From contig JBGARZ010000002.1 of NCBI GenBank assembly GCA_044229975.1, positions 320,001 through 384,000 on the forward strand: a DNA stretch of 64,000 nucleotides, given 5' to 3'. Shown here one piece after another: positions 1 through 9,520 of this stretch. The notes under the pieces were generated by a model, which was not told the origin of the DNA, searched no databases, and saw nothing but the letters and a program-made list of their open reading frames with translations. A program made the position numbers and the translations under genes. The DNA comes from Polyangiales bacterium. Its GTDB lineage: Bacteria > Myxococcota_A > Polyangia > Polyangiales > Ga0077539. Position 1 is the first letter of the stretch. Each line of letters begins with the position of its first letter.

Positions 1-451
1 CGCCCGCGATGGGGCCAGCCCAGGGCACGTCGCTGATGTGCAGCGCGGTGCTGGCGCCGATGAGGGCGAGCACGTCGGTGGTGTGCACCTTGTCGGCCGA
101 GAGCACCGTCGCGATGATCTGCACGTCGTTGCGGTAGCCGTCGGGGAAGAGCGGGCGGCAGGGGCGGTCGATGAGCCGCGAGGTGAGGATCTCCTCGTCG
201 CGGAGACGACCCTCGCGCTTGAAGAACCCGCCGGGGATGCGGCCCGCGGCGAAGGTCTTCTCCACATAGTCGACGGACAGGGGGAAGAAGTCGATGCCAG
301 GGCGCTCGTCCGAGCTGGCGCAGGCGGTCACGAGGACGATGGACTCGCCCGCGCTGATGAGCACGGAGCCGTTCGCCTGCTTGGCGACGCGGCCCGTCTC
401 GATGGTGACGGTGGTGTTCCCGATCTCGACGCTCTCACGAATGATCGACAT
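1..451 (-). CDS. pnp: Polyribonucleotide nucleotidyltransferase (PNPase), 5' part; runs off window start
   Basis: Manual reverse translation from ATG at 451: [30 protein letters not shown]...[29 protein letters not shown]...[13 protein letters not shown]; directly downstream of rpsO. Not in the ORF track because it is truncated. Confidence 0.97.
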   Translation of the reverse strand, partial: MSIIRESVEIGNTTVTIETGRVAKQANGSVLISAGESIVLVTACASSDERPGIDFFPLSVDYVEKTFAAGRIPGGFFKREGRLRDEEILTSRLIDRPCRPLFPDGYRNDVQIIATVLSADKVHTTDVLALIGASTALHISDVPWAGPIAG

Positions 452-663
452 AAAGCCTCACGGATTCCGTCGGCGGTGGGGGACGGAGCGAGGCGGCGGG
501 GGTCGATCGGGGTCGTTCGGTGTCCTCGGTTCCTGGGCGCACGCCGACGGGGCGTGGCGCACACGAAGCGAAGACCGGAGCGACGCGGTTCGATCGGAGC
601 CTCGCGGTGTCGAGGTGCGCGCCGACGAGCGCCCTGGACATCGCGTGGGTAACCCCAGAAACA

Positions 664-698
664 CCGACGCCCCGCCGGGTGATCGGGCGGGGCGTTGG
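664..698 (-). terminator. GC-rich hairpin, probable intrinsic terminator after rpsO
   Basis: Minus strand CCAACGCCCCGCC-cgatcaccc-GGCGGGGCGTCGG followed by TGTTTC, 11 nt after the rpsO stop. Confidence 0.7.
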
Positions 699-709
699 CG
701 GGTGCAGAC

Positions 710-979
710 TTACTTGCGGAGGTTGAGCTCGGCGATGATCTTCCGGTAGGCCGGAACGTCGTGGCTCTTCAGGTAGTCGAGGTGCCGACGGCGCTGGCTC
801 ACCATCTTCAGCAGCCCGCGCCGCGAGTGATGGTCCTTCTTGTGGGTCTCGAAGTGACCCTGGAGCAGCGAGATGCGCGCCGAGAGCAGCGCGATCTGGA
901 CCTGAGGAGAACCCGTGTCCCCCTCGGACTGGCGGAACTTCTCGATGATTTCAGTCTTGGTGGACGTGTGCAGCGACAT
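710..979 (-). CDS. rpsO: 30S ribosomal protein S15
   Basis: 89 aa [12 protein letters not shown]...[13 protein letters not shown]...[29 protein letters not shown] at 979 with AAGGA upstream. Confidence 0.98.
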   Translation of the reverse strand: MSLHTSTKTEIIEKFRQSEGDTGSPQVQIALLSARISLLQGHFETHKKDHHSRRGLLKMVSQRRRHLDYLKSHDVPAYRKIIAELNLRK

Positions 980-1011
980 GTTGTGCGTTCCTTGATCGAA
1001 AACGGGCGCGG

Positions 1012-1039
1012 AGTATCTCCGCTTCAGGACAGGTGTCAA
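1012..1039 (-). promoter_or_regulatory. Putative sigma70 promoter of rpsO-pnp
   Basis: TTGACA (1039-1034), 16 nt spacer, GATACT (1017-1012), then GC-rich discriminator. Confidence 0.55.
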
Positions 1040-1170
1040 TCACCACCTGATGTGATAGTGCGCGGTCTCCCATCCATCGGGTGGGCTCAAGGCGTCGGGG
1101 CGATCTCTCGCACGACTCTGTCTCTGGTGACTACCCCGGGCCATGGCGCCCGATGCGAGCGGCTACTCCT

Positions 1171-2928
1171 ATGCTGGAAGGACTTCGTCGGCACTCCAAC
1201 TCCCTCTTCCTCATCGTGCTGGTCGCGTCCGTCGCGACCATCTTCGGCGTGGGGTGGGGGCCTGGATCGCAGGGCTGCTCGCAGGGCAGCCTGAGGGTCA
1301 ATTACGCCGCCAAGGTGTACGGGCGCACGCTCACCGAGGGTGACTACGTCGCGGCCATCAGCTCGCTGCCGCGCTTGATGCCTGGCTCCCAGAGCGAGAA
1401 CCCCGCCATCGCCGGGGCCATCCGTCAGGGCGCGCTCGACGGCCTCATCGAGCGGGAGCTCCTGGCCCACGAGGCCGAGCGCCTCGGCATGCGGGTGACC
1501 GACGAGATGGTCAACGACGAGTTTCGCAACTGCCGCTTCTACGCCTCCGTCGGCGTCGGGGCCGAGCCGATCCTGAGCGTGCAGTCGGGCCACGTCGACC
1601 TGCCCCCGACCATGTGCGGCGGCGCCGGCGACCGCTTCGACTACGCCCAGTTCGAGCGGCGCATCGCGCGCGGCCTCTTCCGCCGCGCGGTGCCCGACCT
1701 GCGCGCGTCCATGGTGCGCGAGATGCTCGCGCAGCGCATGCGCGACGCGGTGCGCTCGACGGTGCAGATCTCCGACGAGGAGATGTGGCGCGACTACCAG
1801 CGCACGCACGACCAGATGGCGGTGCGCTACCTCCGCTTCCCGCTCAGCTTCTACCGCGCGCTCGTCCGCGACGACGACCCGGCGCAGGTCGAGGCGTGGG
1901 CGGGCCAGCACAACGACGAGATCCAGCGGCAGTGGGAGCGGCGCCGCGAGAGCCTCCGCGGGCTGCATCGTGAGTTCCGCGCGCGGCAGATCGTCGTGCG
2001 CTTCCCGGAGGGCGCGACCGACGCGCAGAAGGCGGAGGTGCGAGCCCGCGCCGAGGCCATCCGCGCGCAGCTCGTGGCGGGCGGCGACTTCGTGCGCCTC
2101 GCGCGTCTCTACTCCGATGACTCGCTCACCTGGCGCGAGGGTGGCCTGATGACCTGGGCGCCCGTCGAGGGCGGCTCGCTCGACGCCGCGGTGGTTCGCG
2201 CCACGGTCGCGCTCCAGCCCAACGGCATCACCCCGGTGACCGACACCGCGACGGGCGTGCACATCGTTCAGCTCCTCGGGTTTCGCGAGGGCGACGTGCC
2301 CGAGGCCGAGGCCAAGCGCGACATCGCCCGCACGCTCTTCCGCGAGACGCGCGGCGCCGAGCTCGCCCGCGAGGCTGCTCGCGCGGCGCTCACGAGCCTC
2401 GGGTCGGCGACCAACCTCGACGAGGCGTCGACGGCCGTCCGCACTGCCGCGCTGCGGGAGTTCTACCGGGGCGAGACGCCGGCCGCGATCACGCTGGCGG
2501 GCAACGTTTCGCTCGCGCCCGTCGAGCGCACCGACCTCGGCGCGCCTGCTCTTCAGGACAGCGAGGTGTTTGCGCGCAACGGCTTCGTGGTCAACGACGT
2601 CGAGCACGGCGAGCTGCTCACCAACACGGCCTTCTCGCTCACGCAGGAGCACCCGTTCGTGCGCGAGCCCGTGCAGGCCGGCGAGGACTGGTTCGTGATG
2701 CGCTTCAAGGACGGCAGCCGCACCGTCGCCACGCGCGAGGAGTTCGGCCGTCAGCGCCAGGAGCTGCTCTCGACCGCCGCTGCCTCGGCGCTTGCGGCGC
2801 GACAGCGCGACGTGCTCGTGCAGTACGTCACCCGCCTGCGGCAGGAGGCTGAGCACGAGGGTCAGGTTCGCATCGGCAACTCGCCGCGACTGCGGGCGCC
2901 CGCCGAGGGCGACACCGAGGGCAACTGA
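1171..2928 (+). CDS. PpiD/SurA-family peptidyl-prolyl isomerase chaperone
   Basis: MLEGLRR + N-terminal TM, SurA N domain (LDGLIERELLAHEAERLGMRVTDEMV), parvulin domain (RARQIVV...DFVRLARLYSDD...GG...GVHIVQL). Confidence 0.85.
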   Translation: MLEGLRRHSNSLFLIVLVASVATIFGVGWGPGSQGCSQGSLRVNYAAKVYGRTLTEGDYVAAISSLPRLMPGSQSENPAIAGAIRQGALDGLIERELLAHEAERLGMRVTDEMVNDEFRNCRFYASVGVGAEPILSVQSGHVDLPPTMCGGAGDRFDYAQFERRIARGLFRRAVPDLRASMVREMLAQRMRDAVRSTVQISDEEMWRDYQRTHDQMAVRYLRFPLSFYRALVRDDDPAQVEAWAGQHNDEIQRQWERRRESLRGLHREFRARQIVVRFPEGATDAQKAEVRARAEAIRAQLVAGGDFVRLARLYSDDSLTWREGGLMTWAPVEGGSLDAAVVRATVALQPNGITPVTDTATGVHIVQLLGFREGDVPEAEAKRDIARTLFRETRGAELAREAARAALTSLGSATNLDEASTAVRTAALREFYRGETPAAITLAGNVSLAPVERTDLGAPALQDSEVFARNGFVVNDVEHGELLTNTAFSLTQEHPFVREPVQAGEDWFVMRFKDGSRTVATREEFGRQRQELLSTAAASALAARQRDVLVQYVTRLRQEAEHEGQVRIGNSPRLRAPAEGDTEGN

Positions 2929-2942
2929 CGCCCCAACGGTCG

Positions 2943-4253
2943 ATGCACGACGTCCGCACGCACCGGCTGTCCAATGGACTGCGGGTCCTGACGATTCACC
3001 GGCCCCATCTGCACCGCGCGGTGACGGCGGTCTACGTCCACGTCGGCTCACGGCACGAGCGGCCCGCCCACAACGGGCTCTCGCACTTCCTCGAACACAT
3101 GTTGTTCCGCGGCTCCGAGGCGCTGCCCTCGGCGGCGCTGGTCAACGACGCGGTGGAGTCCCTCGGCGGCTCCATGAACGCCGCGACCCACACCGACTTC
3201 ACGGTCTTCGAGCTCGACGCGCCGCCCGACGTGCTCGGTGAAGCGAGCGCCATCCTCGGCGGGCTCCTCACGCGCCCGGTGTTCGCCGACCGCAAGGTCG
3301 AGGTCGGCATCGTGCGCGAGGAGCTGCTGGAGGACGTCGACGATCGCGGCCGCGACATCTCCCCCGACAACCACGTGCGTCGTCTCGTGTTCGGCGAGCA
3401 CCCCCTCGGCGCGCCCATCGCGGGAACGGTGCGCAACGTCACCCGCTTCACCGACGGCGACCTGCGCGCCCACCACGGCCTCCACTACGTGGTCGGCAAC
3501 ATGGTCGCGTGCGCCGCAGGTCCCCTCCCCCACACGGAGCTGCTGCGTGCGGTGAGCGGGTCGCTGCGTGCGCTCCCCTCGGGGCCGCGTCAGGTGCCGC
3601 GTTCGTACGAGCGGGCGCAGACCCGGCCGCGGCGATCGATGGTCCACCACGCGGGCGGAAGTCAGACGGCGTTGCGCATCGCGTTTCCATGCGAGGGCCT
3701 CGACGACCCGGCGGGCGCCGCGACGGAGATGCTGCTGCGGGTGATCGACGACGGGATGTCGACGCCGCTCTACCGTCGCGTCTGCGAAGAGAAGGGCCTC
3801 GCCTATGACGTGTCGGCCAACATCGAGCGCTTCACCGAGGTGGGCGTCGTCGAGGTGGCGGCCTCCGTCGCACGCGGCTCCGTCGGGGCGGTGATCGAAG
3901 AGGTGACGGCCATCCTCCGCGGGCTGGCGGCCGACGGACCCACGGGCGCCGAGATGGAGAAGGCGCGACGGCGCTTCGGCTTCGACCTCGACGCCCTCGA
4001 CGACGACCCGCAAGACCTCTGCGACTTCTACGGCCCCGCAGAGCTCTTCGGTCAGCGGCGAAAACCCGCTGCCCGACGACGCGAGCTGATGTCGCTCCGC
4101 GCGGCCGACCTGCGCGCGGCCGCCCGGCGGATCTTCGACCCGTCGCGCATGAGCGTGGTGCTCGTCGGTCCGCGAGCGCCCCGCTACGAGGCCGAGCTCA
4201 CCGAGCTCTCCCGCGCGACGCGCGCCCGCTGGCGGGGGGCCGTCTCGCCGTGA
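2943..4253 (+). CDS. M16 family (insulinase/pitrilysin) zinc peptidase
   Basis: LSNGLRV, GSRHE, GLSHFLEHMLFRG (HxxEH), REEKGLAY-like CEEKGLAY. Confidence 0.93.
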   Translation: MHDVRTHRLSNGLRVLTIHRPHLHRAVTAVYVHVGSRHERPAHNGLSHFLEHMLFRGSEALPSAALVNDAVESLGGSMNAATHTDFTVFELDAPPDVLGEASAILGGLLTRPVFADRKVEVGIVREELLEDVDDRGRDISPDNHVRRLVFGEHPLGAPIAGTVRNVTRFTDGDLRAHHGLHYVVGNMVACAAGPLPHTELLRAVSGSLRALPSGPRQVPRSYERAQTRPRRSMVHHAGGSQTALRIAFPCEGLDDPAGAATEMLLRVIDDGMSTPLYRRVCEEKGLAYDVSANIERFTEVGVVEVAASVARGSVGAVIEEVTAILRGLAADGPTGAEMEKARRRFGFDLDALDDDPQDLCDFYGPAELFGQRRKPAARRRELMSLRAADLRAAARRIFDPSRMSVVLVGPRAPRYEAELTELSRATRARWRGAVSP

Positions 4254-6031
4254 CCGTGTGGCAGCGCCTCCAGCGGGTGCGCCTCGGCTTCGAGGCCGCC
4301 TTCGCGGTCGTGACGCTCAGCCTCGCGGCGCCCCTCTACGCCGCTGCCCACGCGCCGTTGCAGGACCTTCCCCAGCACATCGCCGCCGTGTCGGTGCTGC
4401 GTCGGCTGCTCTTCGGCTCGTCGCTCGACGCGATCTTCGAGGTCACGCTCTCTCGAACGCAATACCTGCTCGTGTATGCGTTGGGGGTCCCGCTCTCGAC
4501 CGTGATGGGCGCCGAAGGCGCGGTGCGCCTCCTGGCCGCATTGACGCTGGTGTCGATTCCGTACTCGCTCCGCTTCGCGCTGCGGCGCACCGGCGGCGAC
4601 GAGCGCCTCGCCGCCCTCTCCTGGCCGCTGCTCTGGAACCCGCAGTTCTTCCTGGGCTTCCTCAACCTGCTGCTCGGCGTGCCGCTCGCGCTCGTCGCGG
4701 TCGGTCTCTTCGCCGACCCAGAGCGTCGCACCGAGCCTCGGCGCCAGGTGCTCATGGGCGTGCTGGCGCTCGGGGCCTTCTACGCGCACCTCATCCCCTT
4801 CGGCGTGCTCGGTCTCGGCGTGCTCGTCACCCTCACGCTGCCGTCGTGGAGCCTCCGAACGCTGCGCGCCGACCTCACCTCCCTCATGCGTCAGGTGGCG
4901 TTCCTCATTCCCTCGCTGTTCGCGGTGCTGCTCTGGATCGTACGCACGCCCGCGACCGACGACAGCGTCCGCGCGGGTGGCATCGGCCGCGTGGCCCAGG
5001 CCGAGTGGCCCGCGGTCGCGAGCCTCGCGCGCGAGTTCACCAACACCCTGCTCGATGTTCCGGGCGATCGCGACGAGCGGCTGTTGCTGGCGTGGGGACT
5101 CGCCGCACTGGCTGCTGTTGCGCTCACGGGCAACGACCGCGCACCCGAGGGCGAGGAGACGGCGAGCCGCCTCCGACGTTGGGCTCCCGTCACGGGCGCC
5201 ATCACGGTCGCGGCGATCTACCTCGTACGGCACCGAACCTTCGTCGCGTTGTGGGGCCCCGACGCGCCGGTCGAAGCCACCTGGGGAGAGATCGTCTTCC
5301 GCGCCGTGACACTTGCCGCCGTCGGCGCGCTCGTCGGGTCGTCGCTCGACCGCTGGTCCCTCCCGGCGACGCCGGGCCCCGAGCGCCGCTCGCTCGCGTG
5401 GGTGCCCGCCATCTGCGCGCTGCTCTACGTCGTCACGCCGTCGAGCTACGGCTGGATCTGGCCCATCCACACGCGCTTCCCGCTCGTCGCGGCGCTGCTG
5501 CTCCCGCTCTGGCTGCCGCGGCGCTCGATGGGGCGGGGCGGCTGGCTTCTCGTCGCCGCCCTGGGCGCAGCCTCGGTGGGCTTCGTCGTCGACCTGCGCG
5601 CTCGCGTGGTGCAGTGGCAGGCGACGGAGCTCGGTGACCTCGACGAGGCGCTCTCCCACGCGCGACCGGGCAAGCGGCTCGTGGCGATCCTCGCGCCGCA
5701 GTCGAGCGCGTGGGTGCCCAACGTCCCGACGCTCCACGCGGCGGCCTACTACCAGGCCCGCGGCGGCGCGGTCGCGACCTTCTCCTTCGCGGACTTCCCG
5801 CAGTCGCCGTTTCGGTATCGCGAGGGCGCGAACCGCCCGGCCCGGCTGCCCCCGCGCTGGGAGTGGACCGCGTCGCTCGACGTCGCCGACCCCGACCGGC
5901 GCTACTACGACTATGTGCTCGTGCGCCGCGGAACGACGGACATCCCCTCCACCGACACGATCAGGTATCGTGCGACGTACTCGGGTCGCGAATGGCTCCT
6001 GTATGAGCGCACCCGCGAGGTGATTCCCTGA
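4250..6031 (+). CDS. Multi-pass membrane protein, possibly GT-C-fold glycosyltransferase-like
   Basis: About 10 or more hydrophobic segments, PLQDLPQH loop after first TM, soluble C-terminal domain; GTGA overlap with upstream gene. Confidence 0.6.
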   Translation: MTVWQRLQRVRLGFEAAFAVVTLSLAAPLYAAAHAPLQDLPQHIAAVSVLRRLLFGSSLDAIFEVTLSRTQYLLVYALGVPLSTVMGAEGAVRLLAALTLVSIPYSLRFALRRTGGDERLAALSWPLLWNPQFFLGFLNLLLGVPLALVAVGLFADPERRTEPRRQVLMGVLALGAFYAHLIPFGVLGLGVLVTLTLPSWSLRTLRADLTSLMRQVAFLIPSLFAVLLWIVRTPATDDSVRAGGIGRVAQAEWPAVASLAREFTNTLLDVPGDRDERLLLAWGLAALAAVALTGNDRAPEGEETASRLRRWAPVTGAITVAAIYLVRHRTFVALWGPDAPVEATWGEIVFRAVTLAAVGALVGSSLDRWSLPATPGPERRSLAWVPAICALLYVVTPSSYGWIWPIHTRFPLVAALLLPLWLPRRSMGRGGWLLVAALGAASVGFVVDLRARVVQWQATELGDLDEALSHARPGKRLVAILAPQSSAWVPNVPTLHAAAYYQARGGAVATFSFADFPQSPFRYREGANRPARLPPRWEWTASLDVADPDRRYYDYVLVRRGTTDIPSTDTIRYRATYSGREWLLYERTREVIP

Positions 6032-6930
6032 TGGAGATCGTCATCGAGCGAGGGCGCATCGTCCGCTTCGAAGAACTCCCCCTCCGCAGCATCGCCCTCG
6101 ACGGCTACGTGCTCGGACCGCGCATCGACGCCGAGCGGGAGCGGTACAGCTTCGACCACCACGGCGACTGCGTGCGCCACGCGACGCGCAGCACCGCCGA
6201 GCAGGTCCACGACGCCATCGCCCTCGGGCTGAAGCCGCGCGAGCTGTCGGTGTTCGTCAACGACGTCGACCTCGACACGGCCCTCGCGGTCTGGCTGCTG
6301 CGCCACATCGACCGCGCGCAGGAGCCCCTCGTCAACCGGCTCGTGCTCTGCGCCGGCCTGCTCGACGCGCACGCCGGCGCCTACCCCCTCGCGGGCGACA
6401 TGCCGACCATCGTCGAGTGGCTCTCCGAGCCCGAGCTCCGCGCGCGCGCCGACGGCAGCTACTACACCCTCGACAACGCGGGCCTGCGGGCGCTGCTCGA
6501 CGAGGTCGGGCGGCGCATCTCCGTCTACGCCGACGGCGCATCACACGCGTACACCGAGCACTTCGTCGTCGACCATCGCTACCGCGTGCTGCGCGAGGGC
6601 ACGGGCTGGGAGCTCGTCGAGAGCCTCGGGTATCGCGCCCACGCGCGGCTCTTCGCCGACGGTCACCAGCGGGTGATGATCCACTCCGATCTGCGCGACG
6701 GCTCGCACGCGTACACGGTGGCGAAGCGGTCGGAGTTCGTGAAGTTCTTCCCCGTGCGCGCCATCCTCGCGGCGCTCAACGAGCGCGAGCGGGGTTGGGG
6801 CGGCGGCAGCACCGTCGGAGGAGCGCCGCGCAACGCCGACGGGTCGCGCAGTCGGCTCACGCCCGATGAGGTCTTCGACATCGTCGAGTCGGTGGTGCGC
6901 GCCTCCGCCGCGTGCCTCGGCGACGATTGA
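6031..6930 (+). CDS. Uncharacterised protein with DHH-like phosphoesterase motifs
   Basis: ALDG, FDHH, NDVDLD, LDAH and C-terminal WGGGSTVGG motifs; TGATG coupling. Confidence 0.65.
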   Translation: MEIVIERGRIVRFEELPLRSIALDGYVLGPRIDAERERYSFDHHGDCVRHATRSTAEQVHDAIALGLKPRELSVFVNDVDLDTALAVWLLRHIDRAQEPLVNRLVLCAGLLDAHAGAYPLAGDMPTIVEWLSEPELRARADGSYYTLDNAGLRALLDEVGRRISVYADGASHAYTEHFVVDHRYRVLREGTGWELVESLGYRAHARLFADGHQRVMIHSDLRDGSHAYTVAKRSEFVKFFPVRAILAALNERERGWGGGSTVGGAPRNADGSRSRLTPDEVFDIVESVVRASAACLGDD

Positions 6931-7005
6931 CAGTGCCCTACCCGCGAACCATCGTTGGCCGTCCGCAACCCGACGCGCCGCGCGCGTCTTGAAGGAGCAT
7001 CCGCC

Positions 7006-7338
7006 ATGGCATCCGATCTCGTGAAGACCGTCACCGACCAGTCCTTCGACGCCGAGGTGTTGAAGTCCGACGTTCCTGTGCTCCTCGATTTCACCGCCAC
7101 GTGGTGCGGGCCCTGCAAGGCTCTCTCCCCCATCGTCGACAAGATCGCCAACGGCTACGCCGGGCGTCTCAAGGTCGCCAAGATCGACATCGATGACTCT
7201 CCCTCGACCCCGTCGAGCCTCGGCATCCGCGGCGTCCCGACGGTGATCCTCTTCAAGGGTGGCCGCGAGGTTGCCCGCTCGGTCGGTCTTGCGCCCGAGT
7301 CGAAGCTCGTCGCGATGTTCGAGCAGCACCTCGGCTGA
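7006..7338 (+). CDS. trxA: Thioredoxin
   Basis: WCGPCK active site, 110 aa, GAAGGAG RBS. Confidence 0.96.
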   Translation: MASDLVKTVTDQSFDAEVLKSDVPVLLDFTATWCGPCKALSPIVDKIANGYAGRLKVAKIDIDDSPSTPSSLGIRGVPTVILFKGGREVARSVGLAPESKLVAMFEQHLG

Positions 7339-7348
7339 CCGTCCCCGG

Positions 7349-9034
7349 TCAGTCGTCTTCGATCAACTCGATCTCGTCCAGGGTCTCCATCCGCGGGACC
7401 CGCCGCTCCGCATCCAGCATCTTCGCCGCCCGCAACAACCTCGGATCGATGACGTCGTCGTCGCGCAGCGAGCGTGACGACGCGCCCGGCGACGGCGCAG
7501 ACCGCGGAGGCGGAGCGCCGTACTGGGGAGGCGCGGACGGCTGCGGTCGGCCGCTCTGGAGCGGAGGCAGCACGCGCGTCTTCACGGGCGTCTTCTCGCT
7601 CGCAGGAGGAGACGTGAGGCCACCGGGAGGACCCGAGCGCACCGCGAGGTTGGGCGGCGGCCCGGAGGCCGCGATGGCCGCGTGGGCGACGGCGTTCACC
7701 ACCAACGGGAGCGAGGCCGTGGCGCTGCCGAGTCGACCCTGCGCGGGGTCTCGCTCGGACTCGGTCTGCGGCGCGATGGTTGGCAGGCGCGACGAGGGAT
7801 GTGGCTCGGGGCGGGCCTTCGCGCGGGTCACCTCGTCGACCGCCGGCTGCACCGCGACCTGCTCGGGCAGCGGGAGCGGCGGGTCGGCGGGTCGCTGCGA
7901 CAGACCCACCATCGCCGAGAGCGCGTCGAGGAGCATGCGGCTCCCGGCCGGTCGACGACCGGGCTCGCGGTCGAGCAGCGTGGCGACGGCGCGACGTAGC
8001 TCCGGGGTGAAGCTCGACAGGTCGGGGCCGCGGTCGGGCGTTGCGCCTCCGATGATCTCGGTGGTCATCGCGCCGAGGGCGTAGAGGTCGGCGCTCGCGG
8101 TGGGGCGTCGACCCGCGACGACCTCGGGCGCGAGGTACGGCATCGCCTCGGCCTGCGACGCGCGCACCCGCTCGACCAGCCGATCGGGGGGGATGCACAC
8201 GCCGAGGATGCCGTCGGTCAGGAGCAGGCCGCGCGCGGTGACCATGACGTTTTCGGGGCGCAGCAAGCCGTGCGGCGAGGCCGTGTGCATCGCCTGGAGC
8301 GCGATGACGAGCGAGTGCACCACCCGCAGCGACTCCTCCGCGGAGAGGGCCGCGCCGCGGGACTTGCGGGCGTCGAGCACCGCGCGCAGCGACACGCCGT
8401 CGACGAGCGGGCTCACCACCGCGACACAGCCCGGCGCGAGCACCACGTCGGAGGGCAGCACGCACCCCGCGAGCGAGCGCTTCGTGAACATCTCGCACTT
8501 GCCGTGGAAGTCCCGCCGCTCGCCCTCGTTGAGGAGCAGCAGCGCGCCCATGACCTTCACCGCGACGTCGGGCCCGCCGGTGGTGTCGGTGGCGCGCCAC
8601 GTCGTCCCGAAGAGCCCCTCACCGAGCCGCGCCGTGAGCTGAAAGCGCTCGCGCAGCCACTCACCGGCCGACAGTCGGAGCTGCGGGTTGGTGAGGGCGC
8701 TCTGGGTGTCGACGTCGTCGTCCTCGACCACCAGGAGCGCAGGACGCGGAGGCGCCTTGGGGAGCGTCGGCGGCGGTGGTCGCGGCGGCGGCGCGGCGGG
8801 TGGCGACGGCGACGCGGACGACGGTCGCAGCGAGGCGTTGGGCACGCGCGCGTTGGGTGGCGGCCCGCTCACGTTGAGACGCGAGGGGGCGACCCGCGCC
8901 GCGGGCGACGAGGACGGCGGACGCGAGGCGGGCGGCGGGAGCGGCCGCGCGTTGGCGAGCGAAGCCTTGCACACCGGGCATCGAGAGGCCGACGGGTCGA
9001 GGCGCGCGTTGCAGTACGGGCAATGGGTCAGCAC
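7349..9034 (-). CDS. Zinc-ribbon-containing Ser/Thr pseudokinase
   Basis: N-terminal CPYC-x10-CPVC, Pro-rich linker, kinase fold (LGEGLFG, VAVK, YLAPE, ADLYALG) with degenerate HGLLRPEN and TDGI motifs. Confidence 0.8.
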   Translation of the reverse strand: MLTHCPYCNARLDPSASRCPVCKASLANARPLPPPASRPPSSSPAARVAPSRLNVSGPPPNARVPNASLRPSSASPSPPAAPPPRPPPPTLPKAPPRPALLVVEDDDVDTQSALTNPQLRLSAGEWLRERFQLTARLGEGLFGTTWRATDTTGGPDVAVKVMGALLLLNEGERRDFHGKCEMFTKRSLAGCVLPSDVVLAPGCVAVVSPLVDGVSLRAVLDARKSRGAALSAEESLRVVHSLVIALQAMHTASPHGLLRPENVMVTARGLLLTDGILGVCIPPDRLVERVRASQAEAMPYLAPEVVAGRRPTASADLYALGAMTTEIIGGATPDRGPDLSSFTPELRRAVATLLDREPGRRPAGSRMLLDALSAMVGLSQRPADPPLPLPEQVAVQPAVDEVTRAKARPEPHPSSRLPTIAPQTESERDPAQGRLGSATASLPLVVNAVAHAAIAASGPPPNLAVRSGPPGGLTSPPASEKTPVKTRVLPPLQSGRPQPSAPPQYGAPPPRSAPSPGASSRSLRDDDVIDPRLLRAAKMLDAERRVPRMETLDEIELIEDD

Positions 9035-9069
9035 GTCAGCGGTCCCTTCGCCGACGTTACCACGTCCCC

Positions 9070-9516
9070 TCAGCGGCCCGTGGAGCCGAAGCCACCACCG
9101 CCACGCGCCGTGGGGTCGATCTCCGAGACCTCGGCGACCTCGACCCGCGCGACGGGGGCGATGACGAGTTGGGCGACGCGCTCGCCGCGACTGATGACCA
9201 CCGGGACCTGTCCGAGGTTGGCCAGAAGCACCTGGAGCTCTCCGCGGTAGTCGGCGTCGATGGTTCCGGGGGCGTTGAGCACGGCGAGGCCCTCTCGGAG
9301 GGCCCGACCCGAGCGAGCGCGCACCTGCCCCTCGTGCCCGTCGGGGATCACCAACACCAGCCCGGTCGGAACGAGCGCACGACCACCGGGAGCGAGGGTC
9401 AGAGGCTGGTCGGCGGCGACCGCGGCGTGCAGGTCGAGCCCGGCGGACTGCGGGGTCTGATAGGTCGGGAGTGGGAGGTCGGTCGCGTGGGCGAGCCGCT
9501 GGACAAGCAGGCGCAT
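9070..9516 (-). CDS. dut: dUTP diphosphatase
   Basis: [28 protein letters not shown] motifs. Confidence 0.97.
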   Translation of the reverse strand: MRLLVQRLAHATDLPLPTYQTPQSAGLDLHAAVAADQPLTLAPGGRALVPTGLVLVIPDGHEGQVRARSGRALREGLAVLNAPGTIDADYRGELQVLLANLGQVPVVISRGERVAQLVIAPVARVEVAEVSEIDPTARGGGGFGSTGR

Positions 9517-9520
9517 CGCC

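Noticed and set aside
980..1080. S15 autoregulatory leader RNA
   Set aside because: Predicted promoter leaves only about 25 nt of leader; no structure I can support
1087..3051. Long antisense and alternate-frame ORFs throughout (e.g. 1087-3051, 4184-5737, 37306-39573, 50245-52191, 55249-57189)
   Set aside because: Shadow ORFs expected at very high GC; Arg/Ala/Pro-rich, no motifs, opposite well-supported genes
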